64,000 nt of DNA, from the NCBI GenBank assembly GCA_044376115.1, contig JBILLK010000008.1, forward strand, positions 321,560-385,559. Reading direction: 5' to 3'. The position numbers were made by a program, and so were the translations under genes. Below the pieces are notes generated by a model. It saw only the letters and a list, made by a program, of their open reading frames with translations. It ran no database searches and was not told where the DNA came from. Numbering within the stretch: the first letter of the stretch is position 1; each line of letters opens with the position of its first letter. Shown here one piece after another: positions 18,358 through 29,561 of this stretch. This DNA comes from Polyangiaceae bacterium. GTDB lineage: Bacteria > Myxococcota_A > Polyangia > Polyangiales > Polyangiaceae.

Positions 18358-19760
18358 CGAGCAAACAGCGTTTCTCGACAACCAGCTAGCGGAGCGTCCA
18401 CAAACTCTACGCCACCCTCCTTCTTCTTGACGCCTAGCGAGGCGAAGTACTCGGTAAGCGGCAGAGTTACTGGGGTTGCGGAGAGCCGTTCGTAGAGTGG
18501 TCGAACCACGTTAGCCCCGAGGCCTTTATCGCATACGGACAAGAAGCGCTCCACGCTCCAACGGTCGGCGATACCCGCCGACCCGTGGGCCACGGCAGCA
18601 AAACAGTCGGACAGCGTTCTTGTGCCCTTGGTCTCGCGGTACACCGACAGTTCAGCAGCAAGCCAAAATCCAGCGCCTCCCCAGTACAATCTGCCCCAGC
18701 TTTGCGTGCCATCCAGACCGCCGTCCCAAGGAAACGGCTGCCCCTGCCACAGCGCCGAGTACCATTCGTTAAACAGTCTTTCCTTGCTGAGCCGAGAGCG
18801 CTTTACGCGTGCAATTGGCTCGGCGTAAGTTGCATAACCCTCCTCCATCCAATTGTGCCGCGAGGCCAAGCTGGGCATCGCCGTATGCAGCAGCTCGTGC
18901 GTCATGATCCAATCAGTATCAAGCTCACTTTGGGTGATGTGGTGTCCAAGCCCAACCAGCACGGATGAACCGCCATTCCCGAGCGAAAACCCTGCGGAGA
19001 CCTCATCACCTCCGTCGCTCAGCACAATCACCAAGGGGCGAACCGGATAGCCCCTTAAATAATTATCTACGTCGGCGATGGCCTCGCGAATCCAGGTACG
19101 TCGTGCCTCTCCGCCAAGACCGATCTCTTTGCCGATGAGCACCGCACGAAGTTGGCCCTGCCCCGCGGACAAAGTCTCCACTGGCTCAGCGGTGAATACA
19201 CCGTAAGGAGCCTGCGGCAGGTCATCGAGCCGGGCTCGGAAACTACCGTCCTCGAGCTGCCGCAAACCGCTCTCGTAGCGCACGGACCCATTGCCTTCCA
19301 CGCGAAGCTCAAATTCACCGCTTGGCGCCGCTGCGTCCGGCCGCAAGAGGAAGCTGGTTGCGGGCATGACCAGGTCCGGCCCCACGGCCAGCCCGTATTG
19401 CGGATTACGAAACGTCTGAGCAACGCCGCGCAGATCGATGGTGTAGCGCAGCTCACACTCGGCTTCGCACGCGGGGACCGCCACTGGCCACCGGCTGAGG
19501 TCCACCTCTGTCAACGGGCGGTCGCGAGTTCCTACGTCGAGCCGCTCGATAAAGGCCTCAGCCCCCTCCTCGATCGTAAGTCGGGAAAACTGACCAGAGC
19601 CGTCCTGAATGCGCACCTCCAAACGATCGGCGTCGACCAATCGTGCGATGTAGCGCGTTGAGCCAGCCGCCTCGTTGGGGAGCTGGCCTTGCATGCCCAT
19701 AGCGCAGCCGCTGACGAGTAGACAGATGCCGGATTGAGCAACGAGATAGGCTCGCTTCAC
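18354..19760 (-). CDS. gluzincin metallopeptidase (M1/M61-like) lipoprotein
   Basis: HELLH followed by WMEEGYATY; RLYWGGA; lipobox VSGC after a GTG start. Confidence 0.75.
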   Translation of the reverse strand: MKRAYLVAQSGICLLVSGCAMGMQGQLPNEAAGSTRYIARLVDADRLEVRIQDGSGQFSRLTIEEGAEAFIERLDVGTRDRPLTEVDLSRWPVAVPACEAECELRYTIDLRGVAQTFRNPQYGLAVGPDLVMPATSFLLRPDAAAPSGEFELRVEGNGSVRYESGLRQLEDGSFRARLDDLPQAPYGVFTAEPVETLSAGQGQLRAVLIGKEIGLGGEARRTWIREAIADVDNYLRGYPVRPLVIVLSDGGDEVSAGFSLGNGGSSVLVGLGHHITQSELDTDWIMTHELLHTAMPSLASRHNWMEEGYATYAEPIARVKRSRLSKERLFNEWYSALWQGQPFPWDGGLDGTQSWGRLYWGGAGFWLAAELSVYRETKGTRTLSDCFAAVAHGSAGIADRWSVERFLSVCDKGLGANVVRPLYERLSATPVTLPLTEYFASLGVKKKEGGVEFVDAPLAGCRETLFAR

Positions 19761-19785
19761 TGCGGTTAGAGTATCCTGCGCCGCG

Positions 19786-21558
19786 ATGACAGTGGACACG
19801 ATCGTCGCGCGGCTCTTCCACCAAGCCGCAACGCGCCCAGACGCGCCAGCGCTTCATGAGAAGAAGGCAGGGGAGTGGCGAGCCATCAGCTACCGCAGCT
19901 ACGCCGATAGTGTGCGGCTGTTCGCGGCGACGCTGCTCACGTTTGGCTTCGAGGTCGGGGACACGGTCAGCATTCTTGGCTTTAATCGGCCGGCGTGGGT
20001 GATCGCAGCCATCGCGACGATGGCCGCTGGGGGCGCGGCAGCCGGGGTGTACACCACCAGCTCGCCCAGCGAGATCCGCTACATCGCGGAACACTCAGGC
20101 TCCAAGGTGATCGTCGTCGATGGCGCGTTACTCGAGCGCGTTCTCGCGATCGCTGACTCACTACCCAACCTCAAGAGCATCGTGGTGATCGGGAGGCGTG
20201 AGAAAGACCATCCTTTACTGCTCAGCTTCGAGGAGTTTCTCAAACGTGGTCGCGACGTCGCAGCTGAGCGGGTCACCCAGCGCGCGCACGCACTCGAGCC
20301 TGGCGGGGTGGCGTCTCTGATTTACACCTCTGGCACGACCGGCCCGCCCAAGGCCGTCATGCTCTCCCACGCAAACGTGGCGTTCACTGCGAGCGTAGCC
20401 CAACGGCTCGCTCAGGCGACTTCGTCGGACTCAAGCCTCTCCTACTTGCCGCTCTCTCACATCGCCGAGCAGATGTTCACGATGCACGGCGCTATCACGA
20501 TGGGCAGCTCAGTCTACTTCGCCGAAAGTTTGGAGAAGGTCCCCGACAACCTCAAAGAGGTACAACCAACGCTTTTCTTTGGTGTGCCGCGCATTTGGGA
20601 GAAGTTCCACAGCAAGGTTGCTGCGGGCATTGCGAAGGCAACCGGCCCCAAGGCCCGGCTCCTCACCTGGGCACGCAAGGTCGGGCTGCAGGTATCGCAG
20701 CTGCGAATGCGCGGCGAACAACCGAAGGGGCTGTTGGCGCTTGAATACAAGGCGGCCAAACACCTCGTCTTCGACAAACTCAAACCAGCGATGGGGCTTG
20801 GGCGTGCCCGCTTCTGCGTTACCGGTGCCGCGCCCATCGCCCGTGAGGTGCTGGAGTTTTTTGCGTCCCTCGACCTCGTCATTCATGAGGTTTACGGGCA
20901 ATCAGAAGGCTGCGGCCCCACCTCCTGCAACCTGATTGGCCGGACCAAGTTGGGCACCGTTGGCCCTGCGCTCGAGGGCATCGAGGTCAAGATCGCGGAC
21001 GATGGCGAGATCCTCGTGCGTGGTGGAAACGTGTTCCTCGGCTACTTGAAAGACGCCGATGCCACGCGTGAAACCCTCGTGGACGGCTGGCTCCACTCAG
21101 GAGATCTCGGAGCCTTCGATACAGAGGGCTTCCTGACCATCACCGGCCGTAAGAAGGACATCATCATCACCGCGGGTGGCAAGAACATCGCCCCAAAGAA
21201 CATCGAGGCAGAGCTCAAGAACCATCCGCTGATCGCTGAAGCGGTGGTGATTGGTGACCGGCGTAAATACCTTACCGCGTTGATCGCGCTCGACCCGGAG
21301 GCGCTCGCGGAGTTTGCCCAAGCGAACGGGCTGCCAGTGCTGGATCTACATCAGCACCCCAGCGTGCGCGATTCGATCGGAAAGGCAGTCGACGAGGTCA
21401 ACAGAGAGCTTGCGCGCGTGGAGACGGTAAAGAAGTTCACGCTGCTGCACCGCCCGCTGTCGATCGAGGCCGGGGAGCTCACCCCGACCCTCAAGGTGAA
21501 GCGCAAAGAGGTGGCAGCTCACTTCAATAGCGAGATTGAAGCGATGTACGCCGAGTGA
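19786..21558 (+). CDS. long-chain fatty acid--CoA ligase (AMP-binding)
   Basis: YTSGTTGPPK; YLPLSHIAE; GVPRIWEK; YGQSE; GWLHSGDLG; ELTPTLKVKR. Confidence 0.93.
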   Translation: MTVDTIVARLFHQAATRPDAPALHEKKAGEWRAISYRSYADSVRLFAATLLTFGFEVGDTVSILGFNRPAWVIAAIATMAAGGAAAGVYTTSSPSEIRYIAEHSGSKVIVVDGALLERVLAIADSLPNLKSIVVIGRREKDHPLLLSFEEFLKRGRDVAAERVTQRAHALEPGGVASLIYTSGTTGPPKAVMLSHANVAFTASVAQRLAQATSSDSSLSYLPLSHIAEQMFTMHGAITMGSSVYFAESLEKVPDNLKEVQPTLFFGVPRIWEKFHSKVAAGIAKATGPKARLLTWARKVGLQVSQLRMRGEQPKGLLALEYKAAKHLVFDKLKPAMGLGRARFCVTGAAPIAREVLEFFASLDLVIHEVYGQSEGCGPTSCNLIGRTKLGTVGPALEGIEVKIADDGEILVRGGNVFLGYLKDADATRETLVDGWLHSGDLGAFDTEGFLTITGRKKDIIITAGGKNIAPKNIEAELKNHPLIAEAVVIGDRRKYLTALIALDPEALAEFAQANGLPVLDLHQHPSVRDSIGKAVDEVNRELARVETVKKFTLLHRPLSIEAGELTPTLKVKRKEVAAHFNSEIEAMYAE

Positions 21559-22050
21559 TCAGGTCCCGCTATCGATCGGAAGCGTGTATTCGCCTAGGGA
21601 GTTCCCCTCGTCGTCGCTGAGTTCAACCTTGAGCACGCCCTGATCCTTGGGCTGCAGGGTGTTGTAACCCCACGAGCGGAACGACCAACTCTCCTGAATC
21701 TTGAGGTCAAGCTCGGTCCGCTTCTTACCGTCGACGCTGAACTCGAGGTGGATCGTTCGCGGTCGCCCAGTGCGATTGCGCACTGTCATATGAGCGTAGA
21801 CACGAGAGCCCGGCTTGGCAGAGCTCAGCTTGTCGATAGGCTCCCGCGCTGAGACCCCGCTCGCGAAAGTGAACTTGAGGATCTCAACCGGGGCCGTCTC
21901 CAGCTCGTCCACCGAGGCTGAAGCCTTTGCGCTGGGAGGCGACGTTGGGGCAGCGGAAACCAGGCTCGAGACCGAGGGGACAGCATTGCTCGGCTCTCGG
22001 CATCCCCACAGCGCCAAGGCCGCTAGACCCATGTTCAATGCCTGCTTCAT
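21559..22050 (-). CDS. DUF2914-like lipoprotein
   Basis: Lipobox LWGC; FASGVSAREP; W.FRSW; ATGA overlap with trmO. Confidence 0.6.
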   Translation of the reverse strand: MKQALNMGLAALALWGCREPSNAVPSVSSLVSAAPTSPPSAKASASVDELETAPVEILKFTFASGVSAREPIDKLSSAKPGSRVYAHMTVRNRTGRPRTIHLEFSVDGKKRTELDLKIQESWSFRSWGYNTLQPKDQGVLKVELSDDEGNSLGEYTLPIDSGT

Positions 22051-22853
22051 GCGCCGCTCCCGAGGCCTGCGAAGTATTCACGGTGAAGGGCTAGTTCATC
22101 GAGGCCCTCGCCCTCCGCAGCCCGGCCGTCATGAAGCTGCTTCGGGCGGTAACCGCTCTTGATGGCGAAGACTTCCACCTCGTCGGCGCTGACGCGGAAC
22201 GAGAGCCGTAACGACTTGTAGGCCAGCTCCAAACTGCCGTCGGACTCCCGACGAATGCGCCGATAGGCGTGCGGTGCCGGCCCCGTCTCGAGCAACTTCG
22301 TAACCGCGGATTCGAGCTCGAGCCCTGTGCGCTGAGAGAAGAAATGCAGCGCGCGCGCGACCTCCGGTTGAAACCGGACCTTGAAACTCGGCCCTGGATC
22401 ACGCGGGGCGGCGAGCCAGCCGTGATTGGCGCCCGCAACCGAGTCCGCGTAGGGCAGGTACGGCTTGAGATCGAGCACTGGCGAACCATCGAGGATATCG
22501 AGGCCTTTGACGAACACCTCGCGGCCATCAATTCGGATTAGTTCGACGACGGATAGGCCAATAGGGTTCGGCCGATGGGGTGACCGAGTAGCAAATACGC
22601 CCTTCTTCTCGTCACTCCGTGGCGGCCGGACCTTGGGCTTGTGCGACGGCTCATTGAGGTGAAAGACGTAGACCACCCACAGGTGTGAAAACGTCTCAAG
22701 CCCAGCCAGCGCATCCTCCGGGTGCTCAACACCGTCCAAGAGAATGCTGCCTAGGTCTTGTGAAACGATGGCCTGCCGCGGGGCATCGGCTCTTTGTTTC
22801 TGGGGGCTCCGCACCACACCAATGGCGCGGAAGTCAAACGTTCGCGGCGTCAC
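22047..22853 (-). CDS. tsaA: tRNA t6A37 N6-methyltransferase TrmO
   Basis: IGVVRSP; APRQ; GLETFSHLWVVYVFH; GVFATRSPHRPNPIGLS; DILDGSPVLDLKPY. Confidence 0.92.
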   Translation of the reverse strand: MTPRTFDFRAIGVVRSPQKQRADAPRQAIVSQDLGSILLDGVEHPEDALAGLETFSHLWVVYVFHLNEPSHKPKVRPPRSDEKKGVFATRSPHRPNPIGLSVVELIRIDGREVFVKGLDILDGSPVLDLKPYLPYADSVAGANHGWLAAPRDPGPSFKVRFQPEVARALHFFSQRTGLELESAVTKLLETGPAPHAYRRIRRESDGSLELAYKSLRLSFRVSADEVEVFAIKSGYRPKQLHDGRAAEGEGLDELALHREYFAGLGSGA

Positions 22854-22860
22854 GCTGCAC

Positions 22861-24837
22861 TCAGGGCCCAATGCGATAAACGTTCGCGGACTGATTTGCC
22901 ACCGTGACGGCAAAGCCCTCCGTTGCGAGCTGTGCCCGTTCGACGCTGCCCGCCGCTTCATCCTTCTTGCCCGAGCCATCGAGGAGCAGGGTCAAGGGCA
23001 AGGCGCCGTCTTTGAGCCCGGCAGAGAGCAGCAGCTCCTCGGGAAGGCGGATGGGGCCAGCAGCCTCCCCCCCAACGCCGAAGTTTGAAACCACGACGAC
23101 CACCGAGCCGCCTCCTTCAGCAAACCGAGCAAAAGGAAACAAGCTGCCGTTGGCGTCCGGATTGGCGCCGGGGTTATTGAGGTAACGCAAACCCCAATAG
23201 CGATTACCGCGGACCTCCGGAGCTTGCGATAGCGCAAGCAGGTCCTTGTAGTACGAGCGTAAAGACGTTTGCTCGGCGCTGAGCCCTGCACCGTCATACT
23301 GATGGTTGTTCACCCAGCCCACGAAGGCCGGCATTGACCAGTAATCGAAGATCGACGTGCGGCCGTCATCCCCGCCGAAGCCCTCGCGACCAGCGCCTAG
23401 CTCGCCCACCTCCTGGCCGTTGTACATGAGCACTGGGCCGTTGCTGTAGAGGAAGATCAGGGGAGCGAGTTGCCGCCCAGCGTTGGCCGCACCAAAGCCG
23501 GTAGCGTCCGGGTTGTCCCCAGGGACGATGGGCGAGGCGATGCGGCGCTCATCATGATTCTCTAGATATGTGAGATAAAGCTTGCGTACGGGGCTATCAA
23601 AGCTCCCGAGCAGCGAATCGACGTCATCGAGCGACGCCTTACCCAGATAGAGTCGCTTTAGCGTGTCAACCGCCGCATCCAAGTAGACAGCGTCGAAGCC
23701 TGCGCCAAGGAGCCCCTGAAGGTTCTCGTAGGCCTCCGCGACAAAGTAGGTATCGGGCTTGCGCTGTTTCGCGTTGGCGAGGATGGAGCCCCAGGCCTCC
23801 GTGGGAACGTAGTGAGCGAAGTCCACTCGAAAGCCGTCGACGCCCTTGTCTTGCCAATAGCTCAAGATGTCGTCCACCTTGTTCCAAGTGTCCGGGATGG
23901 GGTCAAATGAGCTCGCGCTGGGATCCGCGAAGTTGAAGCCGTAGTTGAGCTTGACGGTCTCATACCAGTCATTCACCGACGGGTTCGGGGAGGTGACGTT
24001 GTTGCCGGTCGCGCGCGGAACGCGCCCGCTACCGCCGTCTTCTGGGCCGAATAGGCCGTCGAACACGACCCCACTAGGGTTCCAGTCCGCGGGCTTCTGC
24101 AAGCCCAGCGCTTGGCCAGCCGGATCGGGGAGATAAAAGAAGTTGTTTGCTGAGGAGAAGAAGACGCTCTTGTCGTCGTTCTTCCCAAAATCCATCTCGG
24201 GTTTGACCACGCTGCCGTAGCCGCGCGCTACATGGTTGGGAACGAGGTCAATCATGACCTTCAAGTCGGCGGCATGAATGCGAGCGACCAACGCCTCGAA
24301 CTCTGCCATCCGCTCTGCCGGGTTCTGTGCGTAATCCGGACAGACATCGTAGTAGTCGCGAATCGCATAGAACGACCCGGCTCGACCCTTGACCACGTCG
24401 GCGTCATCGGCCGCGAGCCCGACGGAATCATGCTCTGTAAGCGTTGCCTGACGCAGCACGCCCGTCAGCCAGATGTGCGTTGCACCAAGCGACTTGATCT
24501 CCGCGATCGCCTTGTCGTCGATATCGGCGAATTTGCCCGAGCCGTTCTCGGCCAACGTACCGTCCACCGCCCGCGTCTCGTTGGTGTTTCCGAACAACCG
24601 CACCACGAGCTGATAGATGACTTTCTTTTGAGCCTCGCCGTCAAAGGCCTGCCCACCAGCTCCTCCGTTACCCCCCATGGCGCCTCCTCCGCTACCACCC
24701 GCGTCATTGCCGCCACTCGTCGCCGACGTGGGGCCGGTGGGTATCTCACTATCGTCTCCGCACGCCGCAGGCCCCCCGGTCAGCAACAATGCACAAAGGC
24801 TAGGCCAAAAGCTGTTTGCACGCGCCGTTGCTCGCAT
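22861..24837 (-). CDS. alpha-amylase family GH13 lipoprotein
   Basis: YQLVVRLFGN; YAIRDYYDV; DLVPNH; GVDGFRVDFAH; AEAY; ENHDE; lipobox PAAC. Confidence 0.9.
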   Translation of the reverse strand: MRATARANSFWPSLCALLLTGGPAACGDDSEIPTGPTSATSGGNDAGGSGGGAMGGNGGAGGQAFDGEAQKKVIYQLVVRLFGNTNETRAVDGTLAENGSGKFADIDDKAIAEIKSLGATHIWLTGVLRQATLTEHDSVGLAADDADVVKGRAGSFYAIRDYYDVCPDYAQNPAERMAEFEALVARIHAADLKVMIDLVPNHVARGYGSVVKPEMDFGKNDDKSVFFSSANNFFYLPDPAGQALGLQKPADWNPSGVVFDGLFGPEDGGSGRVPRATGNNVTSPNPSVNDWYETVKLNYGFNFADPSASSFDPIPDTWNKVDDILSYWQDKGVDGFRVDFAHYVPTEAWGSILANAKQRKPDTYFVAEAYENLQGLLGAGFDAVYLDAAVDTLKRLYLGKASLDDVDSLLGSFDSPVRKLYLTYLENHDERRIASPIVPGDNPDATGFGAANAGRQLAPLIFLYSNGPVLMYNGQEVGELGAGREGFGGDDGRTSIFDYWSMPAFVGWVNNHQYDGAGLSAEQTSLRSYYKDLLALSQAPEVRGNRYWGLRYLNNPGANPDANGSLFPFARFAEGGGSVVVVVSNFGVGGEAAGPIRLPEELLLSAGLKDGALPLTLLLDGSGKKDEAAGSVERAQLATEGFAVTVANQSANVYRIGP

Positions 24838-24959
24838 CTCTTTGGCATAGCGCCGCTCGGCGTGCGAAGCGAGCCTGCTCGTTCGGCACGCGCAAGTCTC
24901 GCTATTGCCTCTCCGCTCCACGTCCTCTACTGCCCACCCGCACCGCTCGAGAAAGCCCG

Positions 24960-26789
24960 ATGAAACCGACCCAAAGCCGCAAACCCTCCCTGTTATGGGC
25001 CGCTCTGTTCATTCTTGGCTGCCGTTCAGCGTTTGGAGACGCGCTCGAACGGGGGGATCAGATGGCAGCGCTCGGTCGCTGGGATGAGGCCGCCGCAGCT
25101 TACCAGCGGGCGGTCTCGCTCGAGCCCGGGGATGAGGAGGCCACCCTCAAACTCAAGAACGCTAAACGTCAGCAGGCCCAAGCTCGCGTCGAGCGCGGTA
25201 ACGAGCTGATGAAGGCTGGAAAGGCGCGCGAAGCACTCGTGCCCTTCTCGGAGGCGGTAGAGCTCGATCGCGACAGCGTCGCTGCGCGCGACGGGCTCGA
25301 GCGGGCGAAGCTCGAGGTCGTGAAGCAGGCCGAAGAAGCGATGGGAGCGGCTCGCTTCAAGGACGCGTTCGAGTTAGCGCGCGCGGTGCTTTTGGTCGAG
25401 CCCGGGCACAGTAAGGCAGCCGAGCTTGAGTCACGGGCGCGCAGTGAGGTAACACGTGCGGCCATCGCTCGAGCGGCCGCGCACGAACAAGCCGGCGACC
25501 TCTCAGCCGCATCGCTCGACTATGGCGAGGCCGTTGAATACAGCCGTCAGCATCGGGAGGCCTTGGAAGCACTAGCGCGGGTTCGCACGAAGCTCCGCGA
25601 TCAGGTCACCTACTACATCGCGCTCAAAAATTTCGACGGAGACCAAAGCGCGGATGACCTTGGCGCTGACGTCAACGCCACCGTGCTTGCGCAGGGCATC
25701 GACCCCAAGCTTCCGCTGCGCATCGTCGATAAGCTCGACAAGAAGGCTAGCGGCGGAACGCTGCAGGGGATGCGCCTCGGCGGGCTCTTCCAGGCCTATC
25801 GGCACGCACGAAACAAGACAGCATCGAGCCGCAGCTGCGACTACATCTGTGGCACCGAGTGGGTGGCCAACCCGCGCTACGCCACCGCGGAAGCGGAGAT
25901 GCGCACCGCGCAGGCGGCCGTGACCACCGCGGAGGGACGACTCGCAAACGCGAAGAGCGCCGTTGCTCCGGCCGAGCAGCTTCGAGCCTCGGCGGAAGCG
26001 CGACTCAACCAACGCAAGGCAGAGGCCGACCGAGCGGAGCAAGAGCTATCGAACTGTAAGTCCTCCGCGAGTGGGCAGCCCAATGCCTGCAACGCGCAGC
26101 AACAACGCAAAGACCAGGCCGCAGAGGATGAGCGCGTGGCGGAGCAAGAGCTTCGAAGCGCGGACCAGGCGCTATCGAACGCGCGCAGCGAAGCGCAGAG
26201 CGCTGAGAGCGATCTGTCGTCGAAACGCTCCGAGGCCGCCAGCCGGAGCAGTACGTTCCAAAGCACGCCGCAAAAGATCGAACAGGACAAACACTGCACC
26301 CACAGCTACGCGGTCGAGACGGTCGTCGTCTCGGGCGAGGTCAGCGTCGCATTGCGCGGCGAGGCCCTTTATTCGACCGACGTGGTGCTCAACCGCGGCG
26401 TAACCGGCCGTGTGCTTCGCTCCGACGAGACCTTCCCTCCGCAAGCCGGCCGCTGCGCCGAGGTAGCGAGCGGTGACCCCCTGCTAGTGCCCAGCGAGAC
26501 CGAGGCGCGCAAGCTCGTACTTGCCTCGGCGATCGCCGAAACACAGACGGAGTTGCTAACTGCGTTTCAGAGCTACCGCACAGACTATTTGACGCGCGGG
26601 CAAGCCGCCTTTGAGGACCAAAAGGCGAAGGAAGGCATCGACCTACTGGTGCGCTTTCTAGCCAGCCGCGGCTCTGCTCCTGAACGCGGCGCGGCGGCCG
26701 AAGAGGGGGCCATTGCACGATTGAGTCAAGCCGCCACGGTCAGCGAGCGAGCGGTGCGCGTTGCGCTTTGGGGGCCTGAACAGCTGTGA
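24960..26789 (+). CDS. TPR/coiled-coil lipoprotein (possibly TraC-like)
   Basis: Lipobox ILGC; several TPR repeats; long coiled coil containing a Cys pair; GTGA overlap with thyA. Confidence 0.7.
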   Translation: MKPTQSRKPSLLWAALFILGCRSAFGDALERGDQMAALGRWDEAAAAYQRAVSLEPGDEEATLKLKNAKRQQAQARVERGNELMKAGKAREALVPFSEAVELDRDSVAARDGLERAKLEVVKQAEEAMGAARFKDAFELARAVLLVEPGHSKAAELESRARSEVTRAAIARAAAHEQAGDLSAASLDYGEAVEYSRQHREALEALARVRTKLRDQVTYYIALKNFDGDQSADDLGADVNATVLAQGIDPKLPLRIVDKLDKKASGGTLQGMRLGGLFQAYRHARNKTASSRSCDYICGTEWVANPRYATAEAEMRTAQAAVTTAEGRLANAKSAVAPAEQLRASAEARLNQRKAEADRAEQELSNCKSSASGQPNACNAQQQRKDQAAEDERVAEQELRSADQALSNARSEAQSAESDLSSKRSEAASRSSTFQSTPQKIEQDKHCTHSYAVETVVVSGEVSVALRGEALYSTDVVLNRGVTGRVLRSDETFPPQAGRCAEVASGDPLLVPSETEARKLVLASAIAETQTELLTAFQSYRTDYLTRGQAAFEDQKAKEGIDLLVRFLASRGSAPERGAAAEEGAIARLSQAATVSERAVRVALWGPEQL

Positions 26790-27628
26790 AAGCTTATCTG
26801 GAATTGCTGCGAGAGATTCTCACCAATGGGTCCCCTCGCGACGATCGCACGGGCACCGGAACGGTGGCCATCTTCGGGTATCAGATGCGCTTCGATCTGG
26901 CCCAGGGCTTCCCGCTCGTGACGACCAAGAAGGTCCACCTCACCAGCATCATTCACGAGCTCCTGTGGTTTCTTAGTGGGTCGACCCGAGTGGAGCCGCT
27001 TACCGAAAAGGGCGTAAAGATCTGGAACGAGTGGGCCACCGAAGAGCAATGCGCTCGCTTTGGCCGAGAGGCTGGAGATCTCGGACCTATCTATGGCCAT
27101 CAGTGGCGCAACTTCGGCGCCTCCAAAGCCGAGCACGGTAGCTACAACACGGATGGCGTCGATCAGATCACGCAGGTGGTCGAGCAGATCCGCAAGAACC
27201 CACACTCGCGCCGCTTGATCGTGACGGGGTGGCACCCGGCCGAGGCCGACAAAGTCGCGCTACCACCGTGCCACACGCTGTTTCAGTTCTTCGTCGATCA
27301 AGGTCGGCTCTCGTGCCAACTATACCAACGCTCGGGCGATGCCTTTCTCGGCGTTCCCTTCAACATCGCGAGCTACGCCCTGTTGACGATGATGGTCGCG
27401 CAAGTGACCCAGCTCAAGCCGGGTTTTTTCGTTCACAGCTTTGGCGACGTCCACTTGTACAAGAACCATCTTGAGCAGGCTCGACTCCAGATCGAGCGAC
27501 AACCTCGCCCCTTGCCCACCATGCACCTCGATCCGAGTGTCACCGAGCTACTCGACTTCCGCTTCGAGCACTTCGAGCTTCGGAACTACGATCCGCATCC
27601 GCACATCAAAGCCGACGTGAGCGTCTGA
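26786..27628 (+). CDS. thyA: thymidylate synthase
   Basis: [44 protein letters not shown]. Confidence 0.98.
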   Translation: MKAYLELLREILTNGSPRDDRTGTGTVAIFGYQMRFDLAQGFPLVTTKKVHLTSIIHELLWFLSGSTRVEPLTEKGVKIWNEWATEEQCARFGREAGDLGPIYGHQWRNFGASKAEHGSYNTDGVDQITQVVEQIRKNPHSRRLIVTGWHPAEADKVALPPCHTLFQFFVDQGRLSCQLYQRSGDAFLGVPFNIASYALLTMMVAQVTQLKPGFFVHSFGDVHLYKNHLEQARLQIERQPRPLPTMHLDPSVTELLDFRFEHFELRNYDPHPHIKADVSV

Positions 27629-28119
27629 TGCTGCCATTGCAATTGATCGTGGCGATGAACGACGCGCGCGTGATTGGCAAGGCAGGTGCGCTGCCGTGGC
27701 ACTTTCGCGAGGACCTCCAGCACTTCAAGAAAACCACGCTGGGTCACGCCGTGATCATGGGCCGGCTGACCTTTGAGTCGATGGGTAAGCCGCTCCCTGG
27801 GCGCCGGAACCTCGTTGTATCTAGCCGACCGATCGCCGGGGTGGAGGTGTTTTCGTCGTTGGCGCTCGCGATCGAAGCGGCCCGCACCAGTGATAGCGCG
27901 CCCTTTGTGATAGGGGGCGCACGCCTGTACGCGGCGGCCCTTCCCATCGTGACGGACCTGCACCTCACGCACGTCGATGTTGAAGTCGAGGGCGCTGACA
28001 CTTACTTCCCAGCGTTTGACCCAACCGACTTTGATGAACTAACGCGCCGTGTCGGAGAAGACCCTCGCTTGCAGTTCGTGCAGCTCAAGCGTCGTGAAAA
28101 GCGCGGCTCTTTCGATTAG
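27628..28119 (+). CDS. folA: dihydrofolate reductase
   Basis: LIVAM...VIG...LPWH..EDLQHFK; IMGR.T.ES; PLPGRRN; IGGA; DTYFP. Confidence 0.97.
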   Translation: MLPLQLIVAMNDARVIGKAGALPWHFREDLQHFKKTTLGHAVIMGRLTFESMGKPLPGRRNLVVSSRPIAGVEVFSSLALAIEAARTSDSAPFVIGGARLYAAALPIVTDLHLTHVDVEVEGADTYFPAFDPTDFDELTRRVGEDPRLQFVQLKRREKRGSFD

Positions 28120-28128
28120 GCTAGAGCC

Positions 28129-29346
28129 ATGCAAGGAACTTCCTTCCGCCGGGCCTCACGCTTCAACCTCGCGCTAATCACCATTCTCGCAGCGCCAATG
28201 CTGCATTGCGGGGATGATACAGGGACGGGCGCTTCCACCACTGGCGGTGGCGGCTCGGGCGGCGTGGAAGAGGGCGGCGGCGGCGGAACGGCAGGAAGTG
28301 GCGGAACGGGTGGAGCTGGAGCCTCCGGGCCGATCAATGCGCCGGCCGACGAGTGGACGTTCGTCGACTTCCCGGACGCGGTGTGTATGAACGGCTCGCC
28401 GACGGGCATCGCTATCAATCCCCACGCCTCTTCCGAGGACGTACTGATCTTCCTCGAAGGCGGCAACGCGTGCTTCAACCTCATCAGCTGTCTTTCCACC
28501 GCCAACCTCGACGGGTACGACGCTGCGAAGTTTGAGGCTGAGGGCCCCGGTACGCTCGCAGGGTCGCCTTACCTCGACCGCAACAACGCCGCCAATCCGC
28601 TGGCCGATTTCAGCTACGTCTACGTGCCGTATTGCACCGGTGATGTTCACGCCGGAGACGCCGCAGACGTGATGGTTGCAGGGGAAGCTCGCCAGTTCCA
28701 CGGCCACAAGAACATGGGCCTCTATCTCGACCGCTTGGTCCAGACTTTCCCCAACGCAAAGCGCGTCGTGTTGAGCGGCGCAAGCGCAGGCGGCTTTGGT
28801 GCGGCCTTCAATTACGACCTCGTATCGGAGGCCTTTGGGTCTTCGGTGAAGGTCACGCTGATCGACGATAGCGGTCCGCCGATGGGGGATGAGTTCATCG
28901 CCGAGTGTCTACAGAGTCACCTCAAGACCACCTGGGGCCTTTCAGAAACGCTACCGGCAGACTGTGCGGACTGTGCAGCCGACTCCTGGGCTGAGCCTTT
29001 CGTCAATCACATCCTCACCAAGTACCCGGAGCGCAGCATCGGGCTGATTTCGAGCGAGGCAGACGCTACGATCACGACCTTCTGGGCCTTTGGAGAAAAC
29101 AACTGCGCTAACCTCAACTCTGGTTTGCCGATCTATCCCGAAGGGAAGTACCTACTAGGCCTCGAGGACCTGCGCGATCGCATCGGAGCCGGGACCAACT
29201 TTGGCATGTTCCTGATTCCGGGCGACGAGCACGTGTTCATGGACAACGGGCTAGACGCTGTTTCGGTCGACGGAGTCAAACTCGAAGACTGGATTCGCGA
29301 CGCGATTGCCGAGGAACCGACCTGGGCTAGCGTTTCCGCTCCCTGA
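28129..29346 (+). CDS. pectin acetylesterase-family lipoprotein
   Basis: CMNGSPTG; FLEGGNAC; YVPYCTGDVH; GASAGG nucleophile; IDDSG. Confidence 0.85.
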   Translation: MQGTSFRRASRFNLALITILAAPMLHCGDDTGTGASTTGGGGSGGVEEGGGGGTAGSGGTGGAGASGPINAPADEWTFVDFPDAVCMNGSPTGIAINPHASSEDVLIFLEGGNACFNLISCLSTANLDGYDAAKFEAEGPGTLAGSPYLDRNNAANPLADFSYVYVPYCTGDVHAGDAADVMVAGEARQFHGHKNMGLYLDRLVQTFPNAKRVVLSGASAGGFGAAFNYDLVSEAFGSSVKVTLIDDSGPPMGDEFIAECLQSHLKTTWGLSETLPADCADCAADSWAEPFVNHILTKYPERSIGLISSEADATITTFWAFGENNCANLNSGLPIYPEGKYLLGLEDLRDRIGAGTNFGMFLIPGDEHVFMDNGLDAVSVDGVKLEDWIRDAIAEEPTWASVSAP

Positions 29347-29383
29347 GTCGAAACCGGGACCTCGTGGCCCGACCCATCGAAGC

Positions 29384-29409
29384 AAAGACCCGCCCACCGG
29401 CGGGTCTTT
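29384..29409. terminator. intrinsic terminator hairpin
   Basis: Perfect 11-bp stem AAAGACCCGCC-CACC-GGCGGGTCTTT after the thyA-folA-esterase run. Confidence 0.8.
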
Positions 29410-29561
29410 CGCTATTCGGCCCCTGGTGGAGGTGGATCCATGGTCGCACGCACACCTTGCCACCAAAATGCTCACGCGGGCGTACATGACCCATCGGCAG
29501 TGGGGTTGGACTGATACCGTGGTCGAGTCGAAGTGACCGAACCTCGAAACGGAGCGGCATC

